A stretch of 62,964 bases of DNA, counting the filler, from Reticulomyxa filosa (lineage: Eukaryota > Protista > Foraminifera), in NCBI GenBank assembly GCA_000512085.1. It is 22 parts of 22 records of this genome, joined end to end, with 100 filler letters (N's around TTAATTAATTAA, not from the genome) between each part and the next. Parts side by side here need not be neighbours in the genome. Positions count along the whole stretch, not along the records: positions 35,497 to 40,339 come from ASPP01026895.1; positions 40,440 to 41,689 come from ASPP01024793.1; positions 41,790 to 43,303 come from ASPP01015480.1; positions 43,404 to 45,795 come from ASPP01000487.1; positions 45,896 to 47,324 come from ASPP01024266.1; positions 47,425 to 49,200 come from ASPP01022526.1; positions 49,301 to 51,732 come from ASPP01004386.1; positions 51,833 to 53,268 come from ASPP01039001.1; 14 more parts are not named here. One strand, given 5' to 3'. Position numbers and translations under genes: made by a program. The notes beneath the pieces were generated by a model. It saw only the letters and a program-made list of their open reading frames with translations, did not search any database and had not been told where the DNA came from. How positions within the stretch are numbered: the stretch's first letter is position 1; each line of letters starts with the position of its first letter. Of this stretch, positions 39,042 through 52,091 are shown piece by piece.

Positions 39042-40011
39042 CTACTGCAAAGCGAACAATGATAGTTCTTTTTGTTCATCGACTGAAGTCGACGATTCAC
39101 ACAACGGATGTGTAGAATATTGTGGCATGATTACTTTGCGTATTTGTTTACTGAAATTACACAGACTCTGGTGCAAGGTGAATGAAGTAAAAACCACCAT
39201 ATCACCAATCTTTGGTGTCAATTTTTGCACTCAATCTTGTAATCCTGCAGTAGTTTCAATGTTGCTATATGCTTTACCACATTTTGGGTATAAATTATCA
39301 TGTTTCGACAAATTGTTTGGTACGTTCCTATCAAACGCTTTCCCATTTTCAAACGGCAACATGAACAAAGACCCATTCTCCTAAAGCACTTACGTCCAAA
39401 ACATATGAAATAAGTCTCTCTTCCATCTCACTACTTTATGGAGAGACAGAGCCACCTCTTCTTTTTTTTTAAGAAGGCGGTAAAAACAAAAATTAAAATA
39501 AAAACTTTAGTGATATGGTCCAATGGAATCCACACATTAATGTATAAAAAAGGTTCACTCAGGTATTCACTATCCTTTTGTCAAAGTTCGCCACCACAAT
39601 TATCCATAAATTGCGATTATTCTTGTGTTTAAGGGTTAGATACAAAACAAAAAAAAGATGCGATGACAATAAAAGTAACTTGATGCCATCAAAAAGCAGA
39701 GTCTGTTGAATTAGAGGGTTTCACAATATATTGTTCATTCAGCAAATACATTTTTTTTGCTTTGGTCAGTTGGCATAATATCGATTTCATCCATCCACCT
39801 GTTTCATATTGTTATCGGATATATTTGTAGCATGGCCTCATTGTGTTCTTAAGTGATAACAAACAGAGATATAAACAGTATCAAAAAATGTTACCGAGAA
39901 GGAAGTCTGAACAACAGGCTTTTCCGAAAGTTTGGAGGCAGGAAAATCTGATGTGATAAGTTGGGTCCTTGCAGTTGTGTACTCCGAACTTTTATACCAT
40001 CCACTTTTCAT
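39042..40011 (-). pseudogene. phytanoyl-CoA dioxygenase (PhyH) family, intron-containing, with stops and frameshifts
   Basis: LNEQYIVKP..WHQ, INVWIPLD, ENGSL, GDMVVFTSFTLHQS..N.SKQIRKV; in-frame TGA just before VQKL (about 39232). Confidence 0.75.
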
Positions 40012-40113
40012 GTGTTTTGCAGGTTTAATTATACATCCATGATTTGTGACTAAAAACTTGTTTTTTTAAAACTACTTTTTTTAAACGTTGTTTGACAACC
40101 TTAATCGCTTATA

Positions 40114-40339
40114 CAGTAGGTTGCAAAGAAAACTGAACGTCTAAAACATATCTTATGATGATAATTGATTTTCTCAATGAAAAATCAACATTTAGACCTA
40201 CTTTTTTTTTTAAAAATATCTACAAGTCTTGTAGTTTTTAAATATGATGTTGATTTTTTAATAACTTTTTTTTTTGTTGGATGAAATCAACATTATTTCA
40301 AATGATTTTTGAAATTTTGCGAGAATGCGTATCATTTGC
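40114..40339 (+). repeat. dispersed repeat, probable Tc1/mariner-type transposon or MITE terminus (copy 2)
   Basis: TA|CAGTAGGTTGCAAAGAAAACTG start; similar to 32843-33054; ends at a contig break. Confidence 0.7.
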
Positions 40340-40599
40340 NNNNNNNNNNNNNNNNNNNNNNNNNNNNNNNNNNNNNNNNNNNNTTAATTAATTAANNNNN
40401 NNNNNNNNNNNNNNNNNNNNNNNNNNNNNNNNNNNNNNNTCTGTCATGTCAAATGATCTTTGTTGTGACAATATACACCAAAAATTAATACTGAACAATG
40501 ATATCATAAAACTAAAATAAGGGTGCAGCCGTACAAAAATAAAATTTGATGTTCAAGTTTTCTTTTTTTTTTTTCCGACGGGGACTTATTGATCGTGAA

Positions 40600-41500
40600 A
40601 TGGGTGTAGTCTCGCTGAAAGTTTATTTTGTTGGGCTTTTGTTGTTTTGCGTATTGAATATAATATTTTTTCGAGATATCTTGCTTCAACTCTCCAAAGA
40701 AAGTGACATGTTCGCCTTTTACCAACTAGGAGCAGTGATTCCAGTAGAAGAGAAACCAGAGACTGTGTCTCCACTACAAATAATGCATCGGACAGGCGAT
40801 GATCAAAACATCACGAATAACGTCTCTTACACAAATAATGGCAAAGCACAATTATTCAAGTCTTATTTAAGTCAGAATGAGAGTCATAAATATGACACAA
40901 AAGAGATTGGCGAAGGGGCCGATAGCGAAGATGTGCAATCATTTGTAAAGTATTGGCAAACACGCACAATACCAGATCTCGTCTTGTTCGGACTGGGTCC
41001 AGCAAAGAGTGGTTCCACAACAATTGCAACCAAGTTGTGGTCTTCCAAAGAGTTCATTCGCACGATAGAAGGCGAGCCATGGACTTTGGCAGATTGTGGT
41101 TAGCATCTTACAAAAAAAAAAAGGGGAAGAATTTTTTTAAACGTATAAAAAAAATTTTCAAATACACAAAAAAAAAAAAGGTCAGTTAACAGAAACTCCG
41201 GAACAATTACTAAAAAGATTTGAAACGGCACATTTGAACGGTACATCGGAACTTGATTACCGCAGTTTTTTGCGATATCGATCGCAATTGAAGATATGCA
41301 GCAGAATAAGCTTTTTGATCGGCTTTCATCCATTTCCTCGTAGTAGTTCTCCACAACGTGGTGACTTGATGAACAATCACTTGGGAGATGGGTCTGAGAA
41401 TAATGAATATCTTCTTTATCAAAGACAAACATCCACAGGCTCAGATAGGCAATTACCATCAAATGACTCACAGTTATCAGGACAAATGTTACATTTTAAT
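40600..41500 (+). CDS. type II membrane sulfotransferase-like protein, partial
   Basis: N-terminal TM VYFVGLLLFCVLNIIFF, stem region, then a PAPS-binding-like loop LFGLGPAKSGSTT. Confidence 0.65.
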
Positions 41501-41829
41501 TTTAGGTACACTTTTATTTTTTTTTAAAAAAAAAAGGAGACATTTTTAATGAACGTGTTTTTCTTTTTAGGAGACTAAGGGAGAGGGAGGGGGATATTTT
41601 TTAGTAATTGATTGGTTGAAAAATAAAAAAAGGTCGGAAGGAAAATATTTGGATGATTTGCTGACTTGGAAATGCGGAAAAGCGGTGCCNNNNNNNNNNN
41701 NNNNNNNNNNNNNNNNNNNNNNNNNNNNNNNNNTTAATTAATTAANNNNNNNNNNNNNNNNNNNNNNNNNNNNNNNNNNNNNNNNNNNNAAAAAAAAAAG
41801 CCCTAAAAGTCGGCATTTGCATTAGTTAA

Positions 41830-42531
41830 TCAACCACCAACTTGTTCCACAAATAGCGCACCATCTAATACTCTTTTTTCAAGAGGAATATCATGTTTTA
41901 TCCAATCTTCAATTTGGGACATGAACTTATCTCTCAACATTTCGATACGATTTATGACTTTATCCTCAACAACCAGTCGTATGGTATGCTCGTAAATCAT
42001 AGGTGAATCCAATGTTTTTGCGATGCCGCGCATTATTTGATCGTAAGTGGTGTTGCCTTTGACAAGAAGTTTCAATGAACAGCTTCCACTGGAAATTGCA
42101 TTTTTTTCATTAAACATTTGAGTCATTGTATCACACGCAACTTTATCGCTAAATTTACGTCGGCCAACAGAATCTAATTGGGACTTGTGAATGCCAAGCA
42201 CATCAGCTGCTTTTATTTTTTGTAATTCCGTTTCGTCAAATCTTAAGTAAAATGGGAGTTGCATTGGATTAATATAGCTGATGCTTTCTTTTTTGATCGA
42301 AGTATTTGAAAGATCTTGATTATTTTCCAGTTGTTGTGGTTCTAATTTGCATTTTTTAGAGGGATGAAAAGCATCAAGGGAGTTGTTTGGTACAGTTTGT
42401 TGCTTTTGCTGCAACAAAATCTTTCGGCTCATCACGTTTGCTGGTTTAACTGATACTCGGTCATTTTCTATATCCGGAGGTATTTCAATATCTATTGGAC
42501 GTCCTCTTTTTCTCTTTGTTTGTTCGGTCAT
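41830..42531 (-). CDS. SUMO/ubiquitin-like protein with long N-terminal extension, ending EQVGG
   Basis: Intronless ORF; LKLLVKGNTTYDQIM..IRLVVEDKVI..LFVEQVGG* follows the SUMO pattern; N-terminal KRKRGRP. Confidence 0.6.
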   Translation of the reverse strand: MTEQTKRKRGRPIDIEIPPDIENDRVSVKPANVMSRKILLQQKQQTVPNNSLDAFHPSKKCKLEPQQLENNQDLSNTSIKKESISYINPMQLPFYLRFDETELQKIKAADVLGIHKSQLDSVGRRKFSDKVACDTMTQMFNEKNAISSGSCSLKLLVKGNTTYDQIMRGIAKTLDSPMIYEHTIRLVVEDKVINRIEMLRDKFMSQIEDWIKHDIPLEKRVLDGALFVEQVGG

Positions 42532-43403
42532 GTCCAAGCGAGGGCTAGTTTTTTTTAATTCTTCTACTTTCGGGCTGCTTGCGTAGTAAAGCAAAAACTG
42601 AAACGACGTATAATGCTTTTTCTTTAAATTTCCTCTGAGCGTTGCACAAAAAATCGCACTATATTTTTGGTAAAAAAAAATCATTGTTTATTTTAAAACA
42701 TGATAAAAATAAGAAAAACCATTAACGCTCAGGAACCTTGTCAATTGTGGCGTATTTTAGATTTCAAGAAAGCAAGTACAATTTTAAAAACCCTAACATA
42801 CCACGTTGTTTAATCAACATCAACTTTTTCAACAATTTGGTTTTAAAAGGTCAAATATCTTTTAAAAAACAAAAAGGAAGCAAACAAACAAAAAAACAAC
42901 AACAAAAAAAAAACAAAGAAAAAATTTCAAATTTTTCGACAACCAAAGAGTCAGAACCCCAAAATTCAGAGGGTACAATCATAAAAACAATACAACAAGA
43001 CACGAACGAACAAAAAAAAATTATTCAAAATAGTTTTTATTTATTTTGTTTTAACTTATTTTATTTTATTATCACACCATTGAAATTTGTGTTAAAAAAA
43101 AACAAAACAAATAAGTAAACAAAAAGTCAAATGCAAAATAACAGCTATTCACCATCTAACAAGTCGTCTTCTTCTTCAGTTAATATACTTGGATTGATGG
43201 ACGACATTGAGTCCCTATGTCTATGTCCAGGCTGTTTGGTCGAAGATTGAATTTACCCAAAATTTAAAAAAAAGGGTTCAGAGAGAATACGTACACACAA
43301 GCCNNNNNNNNNNNNNNNNNNNNNNNNNNNNNNNNNNNNNNNNNNNNTTAATTAATTAANNNNNNNNNNNNNNNNNNNNNNNNNNNNNNNNNNNNNNNNN
43401 NNN

Positions 43404-43931
43404 AACAATGATAATAAAATAAATAATATTGGTGTGATTGGTGGAAATGGATATACAATTTGTTCTGGATCATATCATTCGAATATGGGGTATTGAAACA
43501 ACCAAACAATTCAATGTATTCAAAGGACATAAACATTGGATTGTGAGTATAAAACATGGATCAAATGAATTGTTAAATACAGTATTATCTGGATCATTTG
43601 ATAAAAGTGTTCGTTTGTGAGATATTCGATCTGGTCAACAAATTCAAGTGTTCAATGGACATAAGAAAGGAGTATGGTCTGTTGAATATTCACCATTTGT
43701 AATAAAGAATAGTATTTGTAATTCAAATGTGATATGTTCTGGAGCATATGATAATACAATTCGTTTTTGGGATATTCGATCAAATAAGAATGAATTGTGT
43801 ATGATCAAAGGAGATGATGGAATACCATGTCTTAGATTTATTGTATTGAAAAAGAAAAGGAGACAAAGAATGTCAACAATTGGAATTTGTGTTATGGTTC
43901 ATGGAAAGGTCACGTTCGTATTTGGGGATAA
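43404..43931 (+). pseudogene. WD40-repeat family pseudogene
   Basis: Paralogue of 12475-12944; TGA replaces the Trp of a WD at 43618; 3' frameshift. Confidence 0.85.
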
Positions 43932-46900
43932 TTACTTTTTTGTTGAACAAAAAATGAAAGTGTTTTTGTTTGAAAATTTGATTAAAAGAAAATTAAGATG
44001 ATAGTAAACTTGTTTGATTTGACTGAGCACACACTAAAAGATGTGTTTTATCTCACTTTGAAAAAACTGCGTTGAATGTTTTTTAAAGAATTGAAAAGCA
44101 TAATAAATGAAACTGCGCTTTGAAAAGAATTAGATTGTATTTTTGTGATCTTATAAAACTTTATTCAAATCAATAGTGAATCATTACAGATGGAACATCA
44201 ACAATATAAGAATATTATTAAAAGATGATAAATTTATGACTTTGATGAAATGATTTCTGAAAATATTAAGCTATTTAACTATAATATTCAACTTAGACTA
44301 AAGCATTTAAAGAAATGGAAATTCTATATAAATATTCTAATTACATAATGACAGAGTTGATAAGCTTTCATTTGGCATTGCATGAACACACTTTTGATAT
44401 CAAGTACTTATTCAAAATTGAATTTGATAAGATTATGACGGATCAATAGTTTAGATATGTGTTAAGCAAAACAATTTACAAAATTCATTTAACACTGCAC
44501 ATTCAATTTTTTAATTTAAATAAATATGTTATTTCATTGAATGATTGGAAGTGTTTCTTTTTTTTACATAAACATAAATGAGCTTAGCTTTTGTTGTGAG
44601 CCAAATAAAGAGTAAATCAGTTGGCTAATGAAGAGAGTAATTTGTTTTGAGAATATATTGAAAATTATCAAACTATGAACAAATATTTGTAAATGTTTCT
44701 ACTTTTCTATGTTCAACCCTTTTTTGTCACTTGTTTTGTTTCCACAATGACATAATAAGCAAAGTGTGAATTGTGCAAAACATTAAATAAACTTTCAAAT
44801 ATTTTAAATCTACATCCTGTTGTAATTTAATCAATTGAATTAGCGAAATAATGCAAAGCAGATATATTCTTCCAGATATCATATTTTACAATATGCTTTT
44901 ACATTATTTGGATATGTTGAATAAATTTGCTTTATAAAAAGTGTTTAATGAGTTTTAAGTTCAGTGAGAGTTTTTTAATTCTCACTTGCAAACTTAAAGC
45001 GCTTTTTCGTAAAGTGAAAAAAATAGTAATGAGAACAATTGTAATGTTGTACCAATCTAAAAGAAAAAGATTGAACTTGTAAAGTCAATATTTGAAGAAT
45101 TTTTTTGCTGATAAAGAAAACTTGGTTTCCAATTTTTGTAGTTAATGTGATTTGGAATAAGAATAAGTTTTAGTTGAAAATCAAATCACTAATTTTTTTT
45201 ATTGACACAACCTGGTGGAAAAATTTGATTTTTGAAAATGATCGTGTTTTTTATTGGCCTTTATCCCAAGTTTTTCTGAGAATATAAGAAGGTGGACTTT
45301 ATCAGTTACCACAAAAAGAAAAAAAAAACTGGTCAAGCTAATTTGCAATATTTAATCTAAGCCTTGGTCCAACGTTTGGTAAGAAAAAAAAACGCAAAAT
45401 AGTGTTTATTATAAAAAGTAAAATATTTTATTAACAAATTCATTTTTATAGGTAAATACTATGACATAAGTATTAGTCAAGAACGCAATAACTATATATG
45501 GAGTAATTGCAGCCCAATTAGTTAAATACGTCCAAGTGACAAAGTAAATCTAGAAATCGTTTTGGTTTTTTATTATATTTACGAATTGTTTAAAAAATTT
45601 GAATATTTTATTGATTTTTGAAAATTTTAGAGAAAAAGTTGACAATAGTGACTGTGTAGTACCATGAAATTTGACAACATTTTTTAAAGCATTTTCAGAA
45701 AGTGATAGATGAGTATATATTTTTAAAAAATAAAAAAAATTATATATGATATTTTATTTTGTATTACTGTAATGAGCAATGACTCAAGAATTAAGNNNNN
45801 NNNNNNNNNNNNNNNNNNNNNNNNNNNNNNNNNNNNNNNTTAATTAATTAANNNNNNNNNNNNNNNNNNNNNNNNNNNNNNNNNNNNNNNNNNNNAATAA
45901 AATTATAAAACTCTTTTTGTCTGAGTGAAATTTTCTTTTGTGTCTATTGGATCGATTAACTATTCAAGTCTTTCCAAAAAAAAAATAGATAAATAAAATT
46001 TGGATGAACAGATTATTTTGATAAAATTGTTATGAAATAAATTTTGAATAAAACAATTAAAATATCTGTTAAATATGATTTTGTTTTTATAAATGGGGAA
46101 TATAGTTTTCTTTTTTTAAACACAAAAAGTCAATTATTATTACTGTTTAACATGTTTACATTTGCAAGAGGGAAATTCTCACTCTAAACTATTTCTGGAC
46201 CTTAAACTCTTTAACTCCTTTTTATCTAAAATTTCAATTACAATGTGCTTCTTCCTCTTCTAAGAAAAGAGAGTTCCCATTAATAGCAGAAAGTCAAAAA
46301 CAAAGATTATATATCTAAGCAAGAAAAAGAAAAAACGTTTGAATCATTTGTTTATAATCAAATTATTGTCATTGAACAACATACAATAACAAAGCAATTT
46401 AAGTATAAAGAAAGTAATAACAATTCTCTTTTTGAGAAAATATAGACAATCTTGGCTAAGTAAAATCATTTATATCATCTTCCAAATTTAAAAGATCACT
46501 TAAAGAATATCAGAAGAAAAATAAGAATACAAAAAATTAATCAAACTGTAATTCAAAAGATCAATGCAATTATAAAAAAAAAAAATTAAAACAAAATCAT
46601 CTTTTACTGAAATTACATATTAATTCAAAGAAAACTTTTTATTCCAAAAAAAAAAATGATAATTTAATTAATCATTACAGCTATTTATTGATTAGCAGTT
46701 GATATAATTACAAACTTGTTGAAAATTATATTATGTTTATTTTTCATTATGTGTCAGATATCTGTTAATCGAATTATGTAATCATATCTACTGTGAGAAA
46801 CTTGCAAACATCGAATCCTCTGTTGATGTAGTAATGTAGATATCCCTTTTGTTCTTATGTTTACTGATAAATCAAAAAGTTACTGAATATTGAAAGACTA

Positions 46901-46984
46901 TGATTAAATAATTTATATCAATCATTTCATAAAAACACAATAATTATTTTATTATGTTTTTTCATCAAAAAATAATTTAACGTT

Positions 46985-47324
46985 ATTTCATAATAATTTT
47001 ATTAAATCCAAATTTTATTTGTAAAATTCGAATCCAACATTCAATAAAACATTTCATTTCATTTTTTGACTGTTCATAATTTATTATTTGCTAATAACAT
47101 TTATTTGTGTTTAATCAAAAAAGTAAATAAATAAATCATTACTAACTATGAAGGATCCCATACACACACTTTAGTCTTTATATGAATCGATAATATGTTA
47201 TATTTGTCATTTCTTCCTCCAATAATGTATATATTATTCAATTGATTTGGTCAAGCATTTTCAAATATCATCCATTTGTTTTCTCAAATTGAATATTTGT
47301 AAACTAATGTTGAAATAATCAATT
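46985..47324 (-). pseudogene. kelch-motif family C-terminal remnant
   Basis: Manual translation IYIIGGRNDKYNILSIHIKTKVCVWDPS*L, intron, KNEMKCFIECWIRILQIKFGF; contains stops. Confidence 0.55.
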
Positions 47325-47424
47325 NNNNNNNNNNNNNNNNNNNNNNNNNNNNNNNNNNNNNNNNNNNNTTAATTAATTAANNNNNNNNNNNNNNNNNNNN
47401 NNNNNNNNNNNNNNNNNNNNNNNN

Positions 47425-48298
47425 CGTCACAACTTGTGCCAGCAGTTGCAGCTGGTCGAACAATGTGTCGAAATTTCCATCTCCGTTTGTCCATATTTCA
47501 CTTAGTACGACACCATACCATTGCCATCTGTGTTATCGTATGATACAAACAATTTTTTGTTTGTTTTTAAAAAAAGGACGAAAAAAAACAACTTAACATT
47601 GCAGACTTGGCCAACACTTGCGACATATCCGGCGAAGTTGTGTACGTCAATGATAAGCATTTGGACGGCGATACGTTGTGACAGTTGATCTCTAAGTCAG
47701 CTTTAATGTTGTACCAGTAACAGTTGGCCGCGAACAATGTTTCGAGTCTCACACTTGTTACTGGTTGACACTGCTTGCATATTTCATTCGATGGTGGTAT
47801 CATCATCACTTCTACTTCGCCATTCGCAAACGTACTATTTATTTTTTTTGAAAATTTTTTTTTAAATCAAATACATCATATATGTAATCCCTTCTCACAC
47901 TTACTATCTCTTGCTACAAGTAAATATACACTTTTTTTTTATGAACACATTTTTTTTTTAATGAACATTTTTTTTCAATTTGATCTTTATATCACTGTTA
48001 TTTACCTGTATGAGATTGTTTTGAATGCCAATTTGAAAAAATTCACTTGTGGATATTGTGCAAGTCTCCATGTTATCAATTCCACACATAGTTGATTAAC
48101 GTATTCCATGACGATTTCAATATATTTATATTGTAGTGATGGTCCAAGTGTGTTTGTCCGTTCGTTAAGTTCACCACCGAATTGAGTAGATTCATTGTTT
48201 GCACTTGACCCCACCATGAGCGCATTTAATACATGTATTGCCACAAATACTAACGACAATTTCATGCTGCTGTGAGTAACCAAGAGTTTTCCATTCAT
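47425..48298 (-). CDS. hypothetical, possibly secreted protein, spliced, partial
   Basis: Signal-peptide-like MKLSLVFVAIHVLNALMVG; three exon-like blocks separated by A/T-rich introns; Cys-rich second exon. Confidence 0.4.
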
Positions 48299-48647
48299 AT
48301 TTTCTCCTCTGTTTGCCCCCACACTCCTATTGGACACAACGAAACGGAACGACATCAAATAAGCAATAAACCCACTTTAAGATAAAAAAAAAATTTTGTG
48401 GGAAACCATTTGTGGAAATACTGAGTTTATTGGAAACATTTAACTTGCAGTTTGTTTTATGTGCATTCAAGACAGACAAAAAAGTTGATGTTTCTCCCGT
48501 TTAAAAATTTTTTTCAAGTTAATCGCAGCCTGCTCACATAAAAAGGCTGAAACAATTTGGTGTAACAGAGATGAACTTGTCATCAGTTTTGCAAACTATT
48601 TTTTTTAAAAAGAATTCTAATAACATAATATATAAAAAACCAAGGCG

Positions 48648-49200
48648 TTGCAACATTTACTATTGCGCAAATGGAAATCAGAATATTTAAAAAATAATGA
48701 AGACATTGCCATATCTGTGGAACAATGGCCCTCCTGGAAGTGGTTTGAGGTAATCTCGTGTATCTTCAATCAATTTCATTATGAATTGCCTGCAATTATT
48801 CGTGACATATTGATCAATGATATAAGATCATATCTCAATAGCAAGCTCTCCAAATGGTATCTCTTTTTTTTTCATTCCATTTTGAATTATTTGTCATTAT
48901 TCATCATATGTGACATCTTTGGCATTAATTTTTCGCAACATTTTAAACACAGTGAATGTTCAGAATGGAAAGACAATAATTTGGATTAAAAAATTCATTT
49001 CTGTATTGGATATGGATTTACATGTACGAAAGTTCAATGTAATTGGTCCCAAGTATAGTGAAGAATATGCTCTCAATTTACTGATTGTCCAAAAGGATAG
49101 AACATTATCTCAATCCATTTTGGAATTTTTATTCCTGCAAGATAAAAATGCGTGGTATCATGTCTGTTCAATTGATAATGCCGATAAATGTTGGGAAGTT
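48648..49200 (+). CDS. hypothetical protein fragment
   Basis: Two coding-like blocks separated by a probable intron (GT near 48857); no motif recognised. Confidence 0.35.
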
Positions 49201-49300
49201 NNNNNNNNNNNNNNNNNNNNNNNNNNNNNNNNNNNNNNNNNNNNTTAATTAATTAANNNNNNNNNNNNNNNNNNNNNNNNNNNNNNNNNNNNNNNNNNNN

Positions 49301-51732
49301 CAATGTGGCTCACAAACAGTGCAATATCATCTACTATCAATGATAAGACGTTAAATGCTTCCAATTCAGCCAAGACATTATCAACAATGGAATACGTGTT
49401 ATATACCGACTTTGCTTTGGACATGCATTTAATAATCTCTAACATTCACTGCAACAATATTTTTTGTTTCAAATCTATATACAGAAATAATACATTGATT
49501 GGAAATTATTGGAAAAAAAAGAAAAATAGCTATTTGCTCCAAATCAATTCAACTGATCGGCTGTTTTTTTCTTTCGACGGAGGACTAGGACATGCATAAT
49601 TCAGTTTGACATGAAATCTTGGAGGCAATGTTAAATTCGTATGTACGTAAATACCAATTATGCAGAACACTTCTTCTACTTCACAGTACAATCTTTTTTT
49701 GGTAAGCAAATGCACAGCCGAATTTTTGGACCAATGGTATTGGATAGTGGTTGTTACACTGTTAATCCATTGGTATTTTTGGGCAATGAAACAGCAGCTG
49801 AATTGAATATATATAATAAAAATAGTGATATTGTTGGTTGTGTCATGCCTATTGAATCCATTGCATTATCAATTTCAATAACTTCACCAAATCAAACAGC
49901 AAATAAAAGATGAATCCCGAATTGAAATGATAGATTGTGGTGCTTGAGTTTTTTGCCAAAGAATTTACATTCAACGTTGTTCGTCTGCAATTGTTTCTCC
50001 CATTCTCGTGTTATTGTTGTTGTATTGTGCCATTATTAAAATTGCCACTGATATTGCTTTTCATCTATATAACGTTATATTTAGTTTTCACAGTGTTTTT
50101 TTAAACAAACAAAAAAAAATACACTTAACTAATGTTGTTATCCCATACGGGATATAATCAATTTTCCAATAAAAAAAATTAAAAATTCAAACAAATTTTT
50201 TTCCATTATTCTTTTATTTTTTCTTTCATTTATTTTTCCTTATAATAATATCCTTTTTTTTCTTTTTTTTCCATACTTTTTTTCTTTTTTTTTTTCTTTT
50301 TTTCTTTTGTCATTACTTTTTTTTTTCTTATTTATTATTCCATCTTTTTTTTTATTTCTCCTTTTTTTTTTCCTTTACACCCTTTTTTTTTAATTGTTTT
50401 ATTTTTTTTTTCTCTTCCCCCCCCCTTAGCACTATTACTTCCCACTTTATCCAAATCCCTGAAAAGATACATACACTCTGCTGTCTTTTGCTGCACCGAA
50501 CATCTATATACACAAGCAAAGTTATATTTTATAATTTTTTACAACAAAAAAATATACTTTAACTTTGATAAATTGATCATTTCCATTCTTTGTTTTCTGT
50601 TTGAACCACTTCACAAATTTTTTTTAGGTATGGGGGGCAAATAAAAAAATAAACATATAACATATATAATTTTTTTTCTTTGAAGGGGGAATTCCTATTG
50701 CTTCACAAACACAACCACATTATAATAAAAGAATATATATTTAAATATAAACATACACAAACCTTTTTTCCTCCTTTCGGAGGCGGGGTGGATTTCAACC
50801 CCGATTTTTCTTTTTTTTTGTGTGGAATATATTGTAACAATCTTTGGCAGGAGGGGGAACCTATATTGCAAAACACAACACTTAAACACATTAATAAAAA
50901 AATAAATAGAACAAACTGCTGTTTCTCCTTTCGGAGACGGGGTGGTTTCTACCCCGTATTCTATTTTCTATCACGTGGTGGGAAGATTCTATTGTAAACA
51001 ATACACATTATATAGTTATAAGTTAAATACGAATAAAAAACGATAGACTTTACCTTCTATTTGCGTTTCGCAATCGCAATGAACAGCTCGCATTCTGTGA
51101 CCACAGCCGCAAGTAGTGGTATTATCCATTTATTCTTTGTGGTTGCTCCAATTGCTACAATCATTTGCATCACTTTGTTTCAATGCATTCATTTTACTAT
51201 ACAAAATCAACAATCAAAAAATAATTTTTAGTATTACAACAATAAAAAAAAAAAGTAAAAATAACTTGGCAGCACAACAATAGATAGCCGGCGTTTTGTA
51301 TTGATATATCCACATTGAACTGTTTGTAATTATTATTGGAGCATTCAATGATCATTATTGCACGAATAATTTGTGCAGTGCATATATAACTTGTTGGATA
51401 TTAGTAGAAAGACAATGTGTTGATGTGAGAGAGGTCTAGAATGCGAGACTGTTTTTGTCCATATCGTGCGATACATTGTGTTGGTGACTAAGTGTCTTTG
51501 GATATCATGCTTTTGGAAAAAGGAACGCTGATTTGCACAAACGAACATGGGCATTACGACTGACTTGCAAATTCAATTGCTTGTCTTGTGCGTTTCGCCC
51601 AATATCGTCATTTGCATCAACAGCGCTTCTATTGCCTGAAAGGCATGCACTTATCCATTGGAAAATGACAACAGACTTTAAGTCCCAATTTGTACCAGCA
51701 ATCGTAACTGGTCCGACCATATGTCAAAGTCA
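49301..51732 (-). pseudogene. decayed spliced gene, paralogous in part to 47425-48298
   Basis: 51681-51730 is 36/50 identical to 47425-47474; exon-like blocks with stops. Confidence 0.35.
50680..51010. repeat. tandem ~154-bp repeat with double hairpin
   Basis: CCTCC-TTTC-GGAGG-CGGGGT..ACCCCG (50770-50803) and TCTCC-TTTC-GGAGA-CGGGGT..ACCCCG (50924-50956). Confidence 0.7.
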
Positions 51733-52091
51733 NNNNNNNNNNNNNNNNNNNNNNNNNNNNNNNNNNNNNNNNNNNNTTAATTAATTAANNNNNNNNNNNN
51801 NNNNNNNNNNNNNNNNNNNNNNNNNNNNNNNNATTTTGCAGATTATTTATTTTCATTTGCTGTCGATTTTTTTTTTCATTTTGTCTTTTTTTCTTCTGCA
51901 CTTGTAATTTTTTTTCATTTGGAAACATAGCATATTTTTTATTCTTGACACACAACCCTTTATGCTTTCTTCATTTGTCCTGTCATTTGTGTTTTTTTCC
52001 CAATTTTCACGTTGCATCGTGCACAGAAAGCAAAATCAATAACAAATTGTGTGAGAACATCACAAAACAGTTGACGATTTTTGCAACGTTC

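Noticed and set aside
44000-46900. Genes or RNA genes in the long AT-rich stretch
   Set aside because: No ORF, tRNA/rRNA signature or clear repeat recognisable by eye.
50770-50956. Hammerhead ribozyme in the hairpin repeat
   Set aside because: GAAA is present but there is no correctly placed CUGANGA core on either strand.
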